The notes beneath the pieces are model-generated. The model saw only the letters and a program-made list of their open reading frames with translations. It did no database searches and was not told where the DNA came from. The translations under genes and the position numbers were made by a program. Shown piece after piece: positions 40,692 through 51,470 of a stretch of 61,695 nucleotides of DNA; position 1 is the first letter of the stretch; each line of letters starts with the position of its first letter. Location of the stretch: NCBI GenBank assembly GCA_016870615.1, contig VGAZ01000002.1, positions 1-61,695 of the forward strand, read 5' to 3'. Origin of the DNA: Actinomycetota bacterium. Its GTDB lineage: Bacteria > Actinomycetota > Humimicrobiia > Humimicrobiales > Humimicrobiaceae.

Positions 40692-42056
40692 TTAAAAAGC
40701 AGGAGCAATGCTGTTTTTCTCCATGTTGTTTATAATCCTCAATTCCCTTATTAAAAATATTGCGCAGACAATAATATCCATGAAATCAGAAAACGGCCAG
40801 GATGCCCATATTCCTGTAAGGCCCCAGAATACCGGGAAGATAAGAATTGCAGGAATGAGAAATAATACCTGCCTTGAAAGGGTGATAACAGTTGCCGGCA
40901 TGGCCTTCCCTATTGCCTGGAAAAATGTCCCGCCCACAAACTGTAAGCCAAGAAAAGGGAAAAATACTATAAGTATCCTGATTGGAACAATGCCCAGCTT
41001 TATAAACTCCGGTTCGCTGCTGAAAAAACCAAGAAGCTGCGCAGGAAAAATCATCAGTATTAAAAAAACAATTGTGGAAAATACAGTGTTCCAGATTATT
41101 GTTTCAGCAAGAATTTTTTTAACCCTGCCATACAGTTTTGCGCCATAATTAAAACTTACAATAGTTGAAAACCCCTGGGTCAATCCAATTATAGGCATAA
41201 GTGTGAGATCGATAAGCCTTATGCCTATTCCCACAATGGCAATATAAGCATCGCTTCCATATTTCATTATCGCCCTGTTAAAAAGCAGTATGATAAAGCT
41301 GTCAATTGTTGCCATTATAAAAGATGGTGTCCCTATCCTTATTGTCTCCCACATTATTTTCAAGTCTAATTTAAAATCTGAAACCCTGAACCTGAAAATA
41401 CTATTGCCTAACCTGAAATACAGTATTATGAAAAATGCAGTGACGGCCTGGCTTATTACAGTTGCAATAGCAGCCCCCCTTACGCCCATACCAAGCCAGA
41501 ACACAAATACAGGGTCCAGAATCATATTTAGGATGGCGCCTACAAGCACCGGATACATGGATGCCCTGGGTTTTCCTTCAGCCCTTATTACAATCCTGGC
41601 AAAAGCATCAAATGAATAAAGTACAAAACCGCCGAGTATAACTGAAGCATATTCTTTTGCCAGCGGCAGCACTTCATTTGAGGCCCCGAAAAACCTGAGA
41701 AGCCTTTCAAGGAATATGTAGCAGGGCACCATAAATAAAATACTCAACCCAAAGTTAAGAAGGATTGCATTTGCACCTGCATTTACAGCTACGTCTTTCT
41801 GGCCTGCCCCAAGATTTCTTGAAATTATTGAACCTGAACCAGCTCCGATCATGAAGCCGATTGCCCACATTATTATCATTATTGGCAACACTATTGTCAG
41901 TGCAGCAATACCTCTGGGACCCACTGCTCTTCCAACAAAAATTGTGTCCACCATATTATACAGAGCCCCAAAAACAAGTGCTATTATTGGCGGATACGAA
42001 AATTTAAACAGCAGGGGCCGCAGATTATCGTTTAATATATGTTGTCTTTCTTCCAT
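40692..42056 (-). CDS. MATE-family efflux transporter
   Basis: 454 aa, about 12 TM helices. The N-terminal PPIIALVFGALYNMVDTIFVGR is typical of MATE. Confidence 0.9.
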   Translation of the reverse strand: MEERQHILNDNLRPLLFKFSYPPIIALVFGALYNMVDTIFVGRAVGPRGIAALTIVLPIMIIMWAIGFMIGAGSGSIISRNLGAGQKDVAVNAGANAILLNFGLSILFMVPCYIFLERLLRFFGASNEVLPLAKEYASVILGGFVLYSFDAFARIVIRAEGKPRASMYPVLVGAILNMILDPVFVFWLGMGVRGAAIATVISQAVTAFFIILYFRLGNSIFRFRVSDFKLDLKIMWETIRIGTPSFIMATIDSFIILLFNRAIMKYGSDAYIAIVGIGIRLIDLTLMPIIGLTQGFSTIVSFNYGAKLYGRVKKILAETIIWNTVFSTIVFLILMIFPAQLLGFFSSEPEFIKLGIVPIRILIVFFPFLGLQFVGGTFFQAIGKAMPATVITLSRQVLFLIPAILIFPVFWGLTGIWASWPFSDFMDIIVCAIFLIRELRIINNMEKNSIAPAF

Positions 42057-42151
42057 TTAATGCAGTAACAGATTTTTCATGAGATGATTATATAAAATGA
42101 AGTACTTATTTAAGAAGGAAATAAATTTATTTAAACTATTTACACAGCTAT

Positions 42152-42709
42152 TTAAATAAATCTTTCAAACCTGTCTTTTTTTACCTTACAAATCGGGCAG
42201 ACTTCCGGAGGGTTCTCCCTTGCGCATAAATACCCGCACACCCTGCATCTCCACACAGGAATTTTATTTGTTTTAAGCATTTCTGCTGAACTTTCCTTAT
42301 TTACCAAAATTGTCTCTGTCTTTGCAACGGTACTATCTTTTTCTGAAGCTGTGCTTTGCTTGTACCTTCTTTCAGGGATTGGTTTAAGTTCCTTAAGGCC
42401 GCTGAATATATCCTGGTCCACATACAATCCGCAATAACACGCGCCAAAATCATTGATGTCCGCATCGCGGTAATCGCACGGACAGACAATATCCCTGTCA
42501 TTTTCAATAGAACCTGAAGATAGCCTGCAGGGGCAAGCCTGATATCCATACCTTGCCTGGTTTATAAGAAGCCCCTTTACAAGGTCTTTTGAAAACTGCT
42601 CATCCGGATTTAAATGATACCCGCTGCTTTGCGCATCCTTTTTTATTTTTACATAAAGGCTGTTAATTTCCTGCCCTGTAATTTCCCTTTGCATATCTTT
42701 CTCTGTCAT
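42152..42709 (-). CDS. Ferredoxin:thioredoxin reductase catalytic-subunit-like protein fused to a C-terminal rubredoxin-type zinc ribbon
   Basis: CPC-x14-CPC-x12-CYC pattern (CPCRLSSGSIENDRDIVCPCDYRDADINDFGACYCGLY), plus a C-terminal WRCRVCGY...CPICK. Confidence 0.72.
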   Translation of the reverse strand: MTEKDMQREITGQEINSLYVKIKKDAQSSGYHLNPDEQFSKDLVKGLLINQARYGYQACPCRLSSGSIENDRDIVCPCDYRDADINDFGACYCGLYVDQDIFSGLKELKPIPERRYKQSTASEKDSTVAKTETILVNKESSAEMLKTNKIPVWRCRVCGYLCARENPPEVCPICKVKKDRFERFI

Positions 42710-42737
42710 AAGAAGCTTCTTTTAATATTTAAAAAAT

Positions 42738-43028
42738 CTATTTATTTTCAAACCTGTTTTTAATTTTTTCCTCATCAAACCCAACTATGCAGTCTTTGCT
42801 GTCTATTACCATAGTGGGAAAACCCCCTCCGGGATTATATTTTTTAATCTCTTTTATTACCTCCTGCTGCTGTTCAAAGTCAAGCAAATCAACATCTATG
42901 CAATCATATGCCACATTTAAATCAGACAGCAGCTTTTTTGTTTTTCCGCACCATATGCATGTGCTTAATGCGTATAATTTTACATCACCCTTATTATTAC
43001 CTTCAATATGCTTTGTTTCTATATCCAT
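42738..43028 (-). CDS. Glutaredoxin/NrdH-like small redoxin
   Basis: 96 aa with CIWC active site in a thioredoxin-fold context (VKLYALSTCIWCGKTKKLL ... GGFPTMVI). Confidence 0.75.
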   Translation of the reverse strand: MDIETKHIEGNNKGDVKLYALSTCIWCGKTKKLLSDLNVAYDCIDVDLLDFEQQQEVIKEIKKYNPGGGFPTMVIDSKDCIVGFDEEKIKNRFENK

Positions 43029-43123
43029 ATAACCACCCTTTTAATAAAAATAAAATTTTTAAATCAAAAAATCAACAAATTTGCAGAAGGAATCATATTA
43101 TCACATATTATTAAAACTTCAAG

Positions 43124-44323
43124 CTAGAAATAGCTGTATGGATTCTTCTGGGCGCCATTTACCCTGACCTCAAAATGAAGATGGGGGCCGGTTGAATAAC
43201 CTGTAGAACCAACATATCCAATAACCTGGCCCCTTTTAACCTTACTACCTGCAGATACGGCAAAACCTGAAAGATGTGCATAGAAAGTGGCAAACCCACC
43301 GCCATGATAAATAAGTATTGAATAACCGTATCCACCCATATACTCAGCCTGCAGCACTTCCCCATCTGCTGCAGCAACAACAGGTGTTCCTGTATCTGCC
43401 CCGATATCAATTCCTCCATGGAATGCATTGGCTCCGGATATGGGGCTTATCCTGTATCCAAAACCGCTTGTAAGCACGCCTTTTGTGGGGTAAAGCAGCT
43501 TACCGGGAGCGTTTCCGTGCCTTAAAGCCTCAAGTTTTTTTGTAATCTCATTTTCTTTTGCAGCCAGCTCTTTTTCCATTTTTATTAATGCTTCCTTGTT
43601 TGCCCGGGTTTTGCTCAGCAGCGATTTTTTCTCATTATAATTATTTTCAACTTCCCTCTTTTTGATTTCAGATTCTTCTACAAGCTTTTCAATGCTTTCT
43701 TTCTGTTTTTTCTGTTCCTCTTTTAATTCCTCTATATTTTCTTTTATTGATATATTCTTATCCCTGTCTTCATGGAGTTCATTAAGTATTTTTACATCCT
43801 TCTGTGCAATCATATTCATGAGCTTTAACCTTGAAAACAATTCAATAAAAGTGTCTGATTCAAAAAGGAGCTGGATTACATCTTGTCCCTTGTTTTTATA
43901 TATGGAGGCCACTCTGTCATTTAAAATAAACGTTTTTTCCTTAAGAATATTTTCCAGGTCTGACACCTCTTTTTCTTTTATAACCAGCTCAATTGTTAAC
44001 CTGTCAACTTCTGTTTTTGTTTGTGCCAGCCTTTCGTTTAAATCCTCTAGCTCACTCAGGGAGCTCAGCAGGTTTCTTTCAACCTGGCTGACCTGTGCAA
44101 TATATTCTGTTTCCGCCTTTTTTGCCTGTTCAATTTCTTTACGGGTATTTTCTTTCTGTTTCTTGACTTTTTCAAGTTCCTGCTCAAGGGTTTCGCCAAA
44201 AAGTATTTTTGGGGGGTCATAAATGAAAAAAGAAAAAAATGAGACTAGCATAAATACTGCAATGCATAATGATATCATGCATTTTATTTTTAAACCTGTT
44301 TGCTGCATTATTACTTGCTTCAT
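43124..44323 (-). CDS. M23-family metallopeptidase with N-terminal coiled coil (EnvC-like)
   Basis: Signal/TM segment, long coiled coil, then HGGIDI and HLHFEVRVNG motifs. Confidence 0.88.
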   Translation of the reverse strand: MKQVIMQQTGLKIKCMISLCIAVFMLVSFFSFFIYDPPKILFGETLEQELEKVKKQKENTRKEIEQAKKAETEYIAQVSQVERNLLSSLSELEDLNERLAQTKTEVDRLTIELVIKEKEVSDLENILKEKTFILNDRVASIYKNKGQDVIQLLFESDTFIELFSRLKLMNMIAQKDVKILNELHEDRDKNISIKENIEELKEEQKKQKESIEKLVEESEIKKREVENNYNEKKSLLSKTRANKEALIKMEKELAAKENEITKKLEALRHGNAPGKLLYPTKGVLTSGFGYRISPISGANAFHGGIDIGADTGTPVVAAADGEVLQAEYMGGYGYSILIYHGGGFATFYAHLSGFAVSAGSKVKRGQVIGYVGSTGYSTGPHLHFEVRVNGAQKNPYSYF

Positions 44324-44596
44324 TTTCGGCTATGTTATTTGCAACTTAAATATTACTGCTAAATATTTAATTATTTTTTAACTTTATGTATAAACAATTA
44401 AGTACATTAATAATTATACACTTAAATAAATAAATAATGCAAAAATTTTATTTCGTTTTAAAAATTATTCTTCTTTTTGGCTAAAAACGGGCATTTATAG
44501 TAAACTCATTAATATTATTTATATCATCAGCTATAATTTTTAGCTTGCCCCGGCCCAGGATGATAATTTTAATATTGATTTAGTCTTACAGGGAAA

Positions 44597-45406
44597 ATGA
44601 GTAAATTTAAAATTGCACTGCTTCAGTTAAAGGTTAAAGAAAACAAAGAAGAGAACCTAAAAAACGCCTCGGATATGATATATGATGCTGCCAGGGGCAA
44701 TGCAGATATTATAATACTTCCCGAAATGTTTAATTGCCCTTATGACAATTCTTTTTTTGGAACTTATGCTGAAAAATATCCTGGAATTACTGCAGAAATG
44801 CTTTCAGGTCTTTCAAAAAAACTATCCGTATATATTGTGGGCGGGTCCATACCTGAAAAAGATGATGAAGGAAGAATCTATAATACGTCATTTGTTTTTG
44901 ACCGTAATGGCCGCCTTGCTGCAAAACACAGGAAAATACACCTGTTTGATGTTTGTATTGAAAATGGCATCTGTTTTAAAGAGTCTGCTGTTTTGAGCCA
45001 TGGAAAAAGCATGACTGTTTTTGAAACGGAATTCTGCAAAGCTGGTGTTGCAATATGCTATGATATAAGGTTTCCTGAACTGATCCGCAAAATGACACTT
45101 GAAGGCGCCGGAATAATAATAGTCCCGGCAGCTTTTAATATGACCACGGGCCCGGCGCACTGGCATGTAACTGCCAGGGCAAGGGCCATTGACAACCAGG
45201 TTTACATTGTCCTTGCATCCCCTGCAAGAAACCCCAAATCACCATATATTGCTTACGGGCATTCCATGGCTGTAAATCCATGGGGGAAAATTATTTCTGA
45301 AGCCACAACGGGCCAGCAGATTATTTTTGCTGAGATTGACCCGGAGTATATGAGAAAAATAAGGCAGGAGCTGCCCCTTCTTAAACACAGACGTACTGAT
45401 TATTAG
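44597..45406 (+). CDS. Carbon-nitrogen hydrolase (nitrilase superfamily, omega-amidase-like)
   Basis: 269 aa. E-K-C triad contexts ILPEMF, HRKIHLF and VAICYDIRFPE. Confidence 0.88.
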   Translation: MSKFKIALLQLKVKENKEENLKNASDMIYDAARGNADIIILPEMFNCPYDNSFFGTYAEKYPGITAEMLSGLSKKLSVYIVGGSIPEKDDEGRIYNTSFVFDRNGRLAAKHRKIHLFDVCIENGICFKESAVLSHGKSMTVFETEFCKAGVAICYDIRFPELIRKMTLEGAGIIIVPAAFNMTTGPAHWHVTARARAIDNQVYIVLASPARNPKSPYIAYGHSMAVNPWGKIISEATTGQQIIFAEIDPEYMRKIRQELPLLKHRRTDY

Positions 45407-45416
45407 GGTACATTTT

Positions 45417-46844
45417 CTATTCAATATTTTTGACATTTATGAAGTTGGTGCTGCCGGGCCTGTTAACCATTACACCTCCAGTAATAACAACCATATCACC
45501 TTTATTTATAAGATTTAAATCCATGCTTGCCTTTATTGCTTCTTCAATCATGCTTTCGATATCGGTTTTAAAATATGTTTTTACCGGAATTACTCCCCAG
45601 CTTATCATAAGCTGCCTTATAACCCAATCGTGGGGGCTTGCACCAATAATTATATTGTGTGGCCTGTTTTTTGATATCTGTCTTGCAGTGCTGCCTGACT
45701 GTGTAGCAGTAATTATTGCTTTTGCAGACATGACATTTGCGATTTCACATGCGGCAAAACTAATTGATTCTGTAATGCTGTTCTTTTTAAGTGAAAACTT
45801 TTTGTTGAGTATCTCCTTGTAATCAAGTGTTTCCTCTGTTTTTTTAATTATTCTTGACATCATCTGCAGGCAAGACAACGCAAACATTCCTGCTGCAGTT
45901 TCACCGGAAAGCATCAGTGCATCCGAACCATCATGTATTGCATTAGCAACATCACTTACCTCTGCCCGGGTTGGCCGGGGATTTCTTATCATTGAATCAA
46001 GCATTTGAGTGGCCGTTATTACCGGTTTTCCCGCAATATTTGCCTTTTTTATTATCTCCTTCTGTATATTGGGGACATCTTCTTCAGGCATTTCAATGCC
46101 AAGATCCCCCCTGGCAACCATTATTGCGTCAGAACTTTCCATTATGCTGTCAAAGTTCACGACTGCTTCATATGTTTCAATTTTAGCAATGACTTTAATA
46201 TTGCTGCCCAAATTTTCTATAATATCTTTAATAATTTTTAAATCACCTGCATTCCTTACAAAAGACTGGGCAATAAAATCCACTTCCTTTTCTATGCCAA
46301 ACTTTAAAAAAGAAATATCTGTTTCGGTAACCGAGTCTGCACTGACTGAAATACCCGGAAGATTTATTCCTTTTCTTGATTTTAACACTCCTCCCCTTAT
46401 TGTCTTTGCATAAGCTTTCTGCTTTGCATTATCTATTTTTAAAATCTTAAATTCCAAAAGCCCGTCATCTATAAAGATTGTGCAGCCTTCCTTTATATCA
46501 TCAAGAAATTTATCATACACAACTTTTATAACCGGCGTAAAGGCAGCTGTATCCTGGTCATTGCCTGTGGTAAAAATAATATTCTGCCCATCAGAAATTT
46601 TTATTTCATTTTCCAGTTTTGCAGTCCTTATTTTCGGACCCTGCAAATCAAGCATGAGGGCAGTATTTTTTCCATGTTTTTTTGAAATATTGCGAATTTT
46701 ACTGATAATATCTGCAGCATAGGAAAATGTGCTGTGGGACGCGTTTATCCTTGCCACATCCATTCCGTTTAATATAAGTTTTTCAAGCATTTCAGCTGAA
46801 TTGCTTGCTGGTCCTATGGTACAAATTATCTTTGTTTTTCTCAA
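45417..46844 (-). CDS. pyk: Pyruvate kinase
   Basis: 475 aa with MRKTKIICTIGPAS, MVARGDLGIE and TQMLDSM. Confidence 0.95.
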   Translation of the reverse strand: MRKTKIICTIGPASNSAEMLEKLILNGMDVARINASHSTFSYAADIISKIRNISKKHGKNTALMLDLQGPKIRTAKLENEIKISDGQNIIFTTGNDQDTAAFTPVIKVVYDKFLDDIKEGCTIFIDDGLLEFKILKIDNAKQKAYAKTIRGGVLKSRKGINLPGISVSADSVTETDISFLKFGIEKEVDFIAQSFVRNAGDLKIIKDIIENLGSNIKVIAKIETYEAVVNFDSIMESSDAIMVARGDLGIEMPEEDVPNIQKEIIKKANIAGKPVITATQMLDSMIRNPRPTRAEVSDVANAIHDGSDALMLSGETAAGMFALSCLQMMSRIIKKTEETLDYKEILNKKFSLKKNSITESISFAACEIANVMSAKAIITATQSGSTARQISKNRPHNIIIGASPHDWVIRQLMISWGVIPVKTYFKTDIESMIEEAIKASMDLNLINKGDMVVITGGVMVNRPGSTNFINVKNIE

Positions 46845-47081
46845 AAATCCCTCCTGCTGTTTGCTAATAAAGAAAAATGCCGTTATCTTTTGATTTATTT
46901 TATTCTTTAATTGGACTATACTTATTTTTTAAAGGTATTATAGCATTTTAAAATCGGCAGGGCATACCATTCGTAATTATTACAGTCTGACCATTTATGT
47001 ATTCAAGAATTTTCTTGTTTTACGCTGATCAGGGTAATATTTTTATAATGCATTTATTATTTTTTCAGAAGGGAGACAGTT

Positions 47082-47849
47082 ATGACAATAGGTTCAATAG
47101 CAGGTATTATTATTGTGGCAGTTTTTTTGATTATCGTTTTTTCTGCAGCAATAAGAGTCTTAAGGGAATATGAAAGAGGAGTAATATTCAGGTTCGGCAG
47201 GCTAAGAGGCGCAAAAGGGCCGGGTATTTTCCTCATCATACCGTTCGTGGATAAAATGATAAAAGTCGATTTAAGGACTGTTACCCTTGATGTTCCCCCA
47301 CAGGATATAATTACAAAAGACAATGTTCCCGTAAATGTTAATGCTGTTTGCTATTTCAGGGTAATGGAGCCTGAAAAAGCAATCGTACAGATTGAAAATT
47401 ATAAAATAGCAACTTCACAGATTGCCCAGACAACACTTAGAAGTATACTCGGGCAGGCAGAGCTTGATGACCTTCTATCAAGGCGTGAAAAGATAAATAA
47501 GGAATTGCAGGCAATTATTGATGAGCAGACAGACCCGTGGGGAATAAAGGTCAGTATTGTTGAAATAAAAGATGTTGAGCTTCCGCAGACAATACAGCGC
47601 GCTTTTGCAAGGCAGGCTGAAGCAGAGAGGGAAAGAAGGGCAAAAATCATCAATTCCGAAGGTGAGCTCCAGGCCTCAGAAAAACTATCACAGGCAGCAG
47701 AAGTGCTTTCAAGGTTCCCGGCATCCATACAGCTGAGGTTTTTGCAGACTTTAAAAGAGATATCAGCCGAACAGAATTCAACTATTATATTTCCTGTCCC
47801 CATTGATCTTATTGAGGGATTTTTGAAAAAAATCTCTGATAAGAAGTAA
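47082..47849 (+). CDS. SPFH/band-7 (stomatin-like) membrane protein
   Basis: 255 aa. N-terminal TM helix, [12 protein letters not shown], and [13 protein letters not shown]. Confidence 0.9.
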   Translation: MTIGSIAGIIIVAVFLIIVFSAAIRVLREYERGVIFRFGRLRGAKGPGIFLIIPFVDKMIKVDLRTVTLDVPPQDIITKDNVPVNVNAVCYFRVMEPEKAIVQIENYKIATSQIAQTTLRSILGQAELDDLLSRREKINKELQAIIDEQTDPWGIKVSIVEIKDVELPQTIQRAFARQAEAERERRAKIINSEGELQASEKLSQAAEVLSRFPASIQLRFLQTLKEISAEQNSTIIFPVPIDLIEGFLKKISDKK

Positions 47850-47904
47850 TAAAGATACAGCAGGCAGAAATCAAATAGAGATTAAAAACATGTTTTATAT
47901 ATTT

Positions 47905-47978
47905 TGGAGGCGGCACCCGGACTCGAACCGGGGATAAAGGTTTTGCAGACCTCTGCCTTACCGCTTGGCTATGCCGCC
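47905..47978 (-). tRNA. tRNA-Cys (anticodon GCA), CCA encoded
   Basis: In the reverse complement: acceptor GGCGGCA/TGCCGCC, anticodon loop CTGCAAA, T arm CCCGG-TTCGAGT-CCGGG, then T-CCA. Confidence 0.9.
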
Positions 47979-48185
47979 TTATGTTATTTTTGAAAGAACT
48001 TAGTTCTTCCTGTCTGATAAAATTGCCGGGTGAAACAATGTATTTCTTGCACGCGGCGATTTACTATTATAGGATAAAACAAAACAAAGTTAAATATTAT
48101 ATTTGCAATACTTTTATTTAAACTTGCTCACTCTCCGGGCAGCAGCCAAATAAATTACAGCATTTTAATATCAGCTCGGCTGGTT

Positions 48186-49403
48186 TTATATGTCCCCCAG
48201 CAGTTGCCTTACATATTCTGCAATTGCCAGTGATGAGGTAAGCCCCGGGGAATCAATTCCAATAAGATTTATTGCATCCGGATAAATTGAACTTCTTTTA
48301 ATTACAAAATCATAATATCCTTTTAATTTTGCTCTTATGCCAGCCTGGTGCAATGTTATATCTTCAATTCTTATATTCGGGAAAAAAGGTTTTACCATCT
48401 CATAGAAATACCCTGAATCACGCACAGTGGTATAGTCATCTTTATTTAGAGGCTTTGAGTATGCAGGCCCTATTGTAATTGTATTTCCTGTTTCATATCT
48501 TCCATCAATTAAGTCAAAAACCGGGGTCAAATGCACCCCCACTGATTTGGTAACTTTACTCTCCCTGAAAAGCTCAATAAATTTTTTAAAGTGAACATTT
48601 GCCCTTTCGCCATCGGAGAAATAACCGAATGGCACTGGATATATATTTGCCCCTTTTACAATTATGTTTTCCCTTTTCCGGCAGTAGAACTTTGCTGATT
48701 CACCTTTTACGGGATCAATCTCATAGGGGCTTAAAGGATCTATCATTTTTGCAATTTCATCTGAAAAAAGCCCTGCACAATTTATTAAAAACCTGGTTTC
48801 AAATATTTCCTCCGAATTCCTGGACTTTATTCTAATTAAAAATCCCCCATCACTACCAGGTTTTATTTCTGTAAGCTTGTTTCCTGTAAGGAAAATAACT
48901 CCCTGCTCTTCAGCAATATTATACAGCTTCTTAACAAACAGCGTTGGCTCTATGATTCCTGATGTGGGCACATAAAGCCCTGCAACTGCTTCAACATTGG
49001 GTTCAATGTTTTTTATTTGACGCCCGCCAACAAGCTTTATACCCGGTACGCCGTTTTCCTGTGCTATGCGCAGAACATCTTCAAGATACTCCTCTTCAAG
49101 GGCATTTGTTGCCAATACCAGCTTTCCTGTTTTTTTACATGGCACTCCATGTTTTTCACAAAAATCATACAGCATACTGTTACCCTTAACACAAAGGTAG
49201 GACTTTAGCGGCCCAAAATCCCTTGGATAATAAATTCCTGCATGTATGACTCCCGAGTTTCTTGAAGACTGGTTTTCTCCTGCAATTTGGCTGTTTTTTT
49301 CAATAACAAGTATTTCACCGCTGCATTTCCTGGAAATTTCTGCTGCAACCGCACAACCAATTACGCCTGCACCTATTATTGTTAGCTGTATTTCTTCTGT
49401 CAT
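48186..49403 (-). CDS. FAD-dependent oxidoreductase (DAO family; L-2-hydroxyglutarate/glycerol-3-phosphate oxidase-like)
   Basis: 405 aa. Dinucleotide fold IIGAGVIGCAVA and C-terminal GIDSPGLTSSLAIA. Confidence 0.78.
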   Translation of the reverse strand: MTEEIQLTIIGAGVIGCAVAAEISRKCSGEILVIEKNSQIAGENQSSRNSGVIHAGIYYPRDFGPLKSYLCVKGNSMLYDFCEKHGVPCKKTGKLVLATNALEEEYLEDVLRIAQENGVPGIKLVGGRQIKNIEPNVEAVAGLYVPTSGIIEPTLFVKKLYNIAEEQGVIFLTGNKLTEIKPGSDGGFLIRIKSRNSEEIFETRFLINCAGLFSDEIAKMIDPLSPYEIDPVKGESAKFYCRKRENIIVKGANIYPVPFGYFSDGERANVHFKKFIELFRESKVTKSVGVHLTPVFDLIDGRYETGNTITIGPAYSKPLNKDDYTTVRDSGYFYEMVKPFFPNIRIEDITLHQAGIRAKLKGYYDFVIKRSSIYPDAINLIGIDSPGLTSSLAIAEYVRQLLGDI

Positions 49404-49600
49404 TTCTGTAAAAAAAATCTAATTACTTTTGTTTTTAACTTTGCTGTAATTCCGGTATTTCCTCAATACTAACTTGCCTTTAAATTCTGCCTATGACTGC
49501 CAGATTACAGGCAATAAAGAAGTATTGGCATATTAAATAGCGGTTTTATTATCTATTGCTTTAAACTGCAAAAGCAGGCAATAATTTTGGCTGTATTGTA

Positions 49601-50620
49601 TTATTCAAAAACTCCATCAATCTCTTTACTGCAGTAGCCGCACCGCCCGTTTATTATTTTGCTGCCGCTCACATAAAAACTGCTTCTTTGTAAAACAGTT
49701 TTTCCACATTCAGGGCAAATGGTATTTTCCAGGCAATTGCTTCCTGTGTTGCCTCCATAAACATATTTCAATCCTGCGTTTTTTCCAATGCTGCATGCTC
49801 TTACTATTGAATTAATACCGGTGGGTTCAATGACTGATTTATAATTGGGATAATAGGCGCTTATGTGCCAGGGTATGGCATTGCTTATGCCGGACAAAAA
49901 ACCTGCAATACCTTCAAGCTCTTTATCTGAATCATTAAGCCCGGGTATAAGCAGCGTTGTAATTTCAATCCATACACCAAGTTTATGCATATGTTTTATG
50001 TTATCCATGACAGGTTTTATCCTCCCCCCAATTTTTTCCCTGTAGAAATCCACAGAAAAACTCTTTAAATCAATATTTGCAGCATCAAGATAGGGACCTA
50101 TCATTTCAATGCAATCTCCTGTCATAAATCCGTTTGTTACAAATACATTTTTAATATTTTTCCCATGCGCCAGTTTTGCTGTATCATATGCAAGTTCAAA
50201 ATATACAGTGGGTTCAGTGTATGTGTATGATATGCTTTTGCACCCCCCGGCAATAGCTTCACTTACTATTGTTTCCGGCGGGATTTTTCTGCCGTCTATT
50301 ATTTCATAATCGCACGGCATCTGTGAAATCTGCCAGTTCTGGCAGAAAAAACACTTAAAATTACATCCCGGGGTAGCTAAAGATAAAGATTTTGTTCCCG
50401 GAAGGAAATGAAAGAGCGGTTTTTTTTCTATAGGGTCTATATTCAGGGAAATAACTTTATCGTAAACAAGGCTGGTAAGAGTTCCTTTATGATTTTTCCT
50501 CACAGCGCATTTGCCTTTTTCCCCATCAGCAATTACGCATCTGTGATTACAAAGGTCACATCGTACAGTATTGTCTTTTAATTTTTTATATAAATATGCT
50601 TCTTTCATAACATAAATCAA
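49601..50620 (-). CDS. AmmeMemoRadiSam-system radical SAM enzyme
   Basis: 339 aa. N-terminal Cys-rich CDLCNHRC...GKC, radical SAM CNFKCFFCQNWQIS, C-terminal zinc ribbon CPECG...CGYC. Confidence 0.8.
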   Translation of the reverse strand: MIYVMKEAYLYKKLKDNTVRCDLCNHRCVIADGEKGKCAVRKNHKGTLTSLVYDKVISLNIDPIEKKPLFHFLPGTKSLSLATPGCNFKCFFCQNWQISQMPCDYEIIDGRKIPPETIVSEAIAGGCKSISYTYTEPTVYFELAYDTAKLAHGKNIKNVFVTNGFMTGDCIEMIGPYLDAANIDLKSFSVDFYREKIGGRIKPVMDNIKHMHKLGVWIEITTLLIPGLNDSDKELEGIAGFLSGISNAIPWHISAYYPNYKSVIEPTGINSIVRACSIGKNAGLKYVYGGNTGSNCLENTICPECGKTVLQRSSFYVSGSKIINGRCGYCSKEIDGVFE

Positions 50621-50975
50621 AAAATATTAAAAATATAATGAATATTAATGTTTTTTTTAACATTTCAGCATATCTTCTAAAATACGAATAATTTAATTGC
50701 AGAATTAAATTATAAAAATATTTAATTCCTGATTAGTATTATAGTTTATTATCCTTTTTTAAGAAATAATCCAAACGTCTTGAGGGATTTACATGAAAAA
50801 ATTTCATACTGTAGATACCAATGCATCTAAACTATATCTTTTTAACTGATTTAATAAGAAGCGGATTAAATAAATACATGGCAATTTATTTTTTTTATAA
50901 TAAAATATTTGTCAATAAATTAACAATCATTTTGATATCTGTAATATTGCAAAATAAAAAAGCGATAGGAAGGCT

Positions 50976-51470
50976 ATGATGAAAAAATTCTTAATATTAT
51001 TTTTAATATTATCCCTTATTACTGTTTTTTTTCTTGCAGGCTGTAATAATAAAAATGCTGGAAAAAATGGCCAGGATTTTAATAATAGCCAGGCAGCAAC
51101 TGATGAATTTGCTGAATCTGCAACCCAGGCTGCTGAGTCTATTGAGGATAAGCAGTTAATAGTGATGTCAATTACCCCTGAGGAGGGCTACAGGATTATA
51201 TCGGAAAATATGGATTATTTCCTGATTGATGTAAGAACTGAAGAAGAATATATGCAGGGATACATTGAAACTGCTAACCTTATACCTTTGCAGGAACTTG
51301 AAAGCAGGCTTGATGAAATACCGAAAAATAAACAGATTATAATTTACTGCAGAAGCGGTAACAGAAGCAGGGAAGCAGCAAACATCTTGATTAATAATGG
51401 ATTTGGAATGGTTTATGACATGGGTGGAATAATTGACTGGCAGCAGGCAGGCTTTCCTGTAGTTAAATAG
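50976..51470 (+). CDS. Rhodanese-domain lipoprotein
   Basis: Signal peptide with lipobox LAGC and rhodanese active-site loop CRSGNRS. Confidence 0.85.
   Translation: MMKKFLILFLILSLITVFFLAGCNNKNAGKNGQDFNNSQAATDEFAESATQAAESIEDKQLIVMSITPEEGYRIISENMDYFLIDVRTEEEYMQGYIETANLIPLQELESRLDEIPKNKQIIIYCRSGNRSREAANILINNGFGMVYDMGGIIDWQQAGFPVVK

Noticed and set aside
50822-50880. Possible third, shortened copy of the intergenic element: GCATCTAAACT...AAGAAGCGGATTAAATAA.
   Set aside because: It shares only the two end blocks and lacks the conserved core. Matches this short are plausible by chance in AT-rich DNA.
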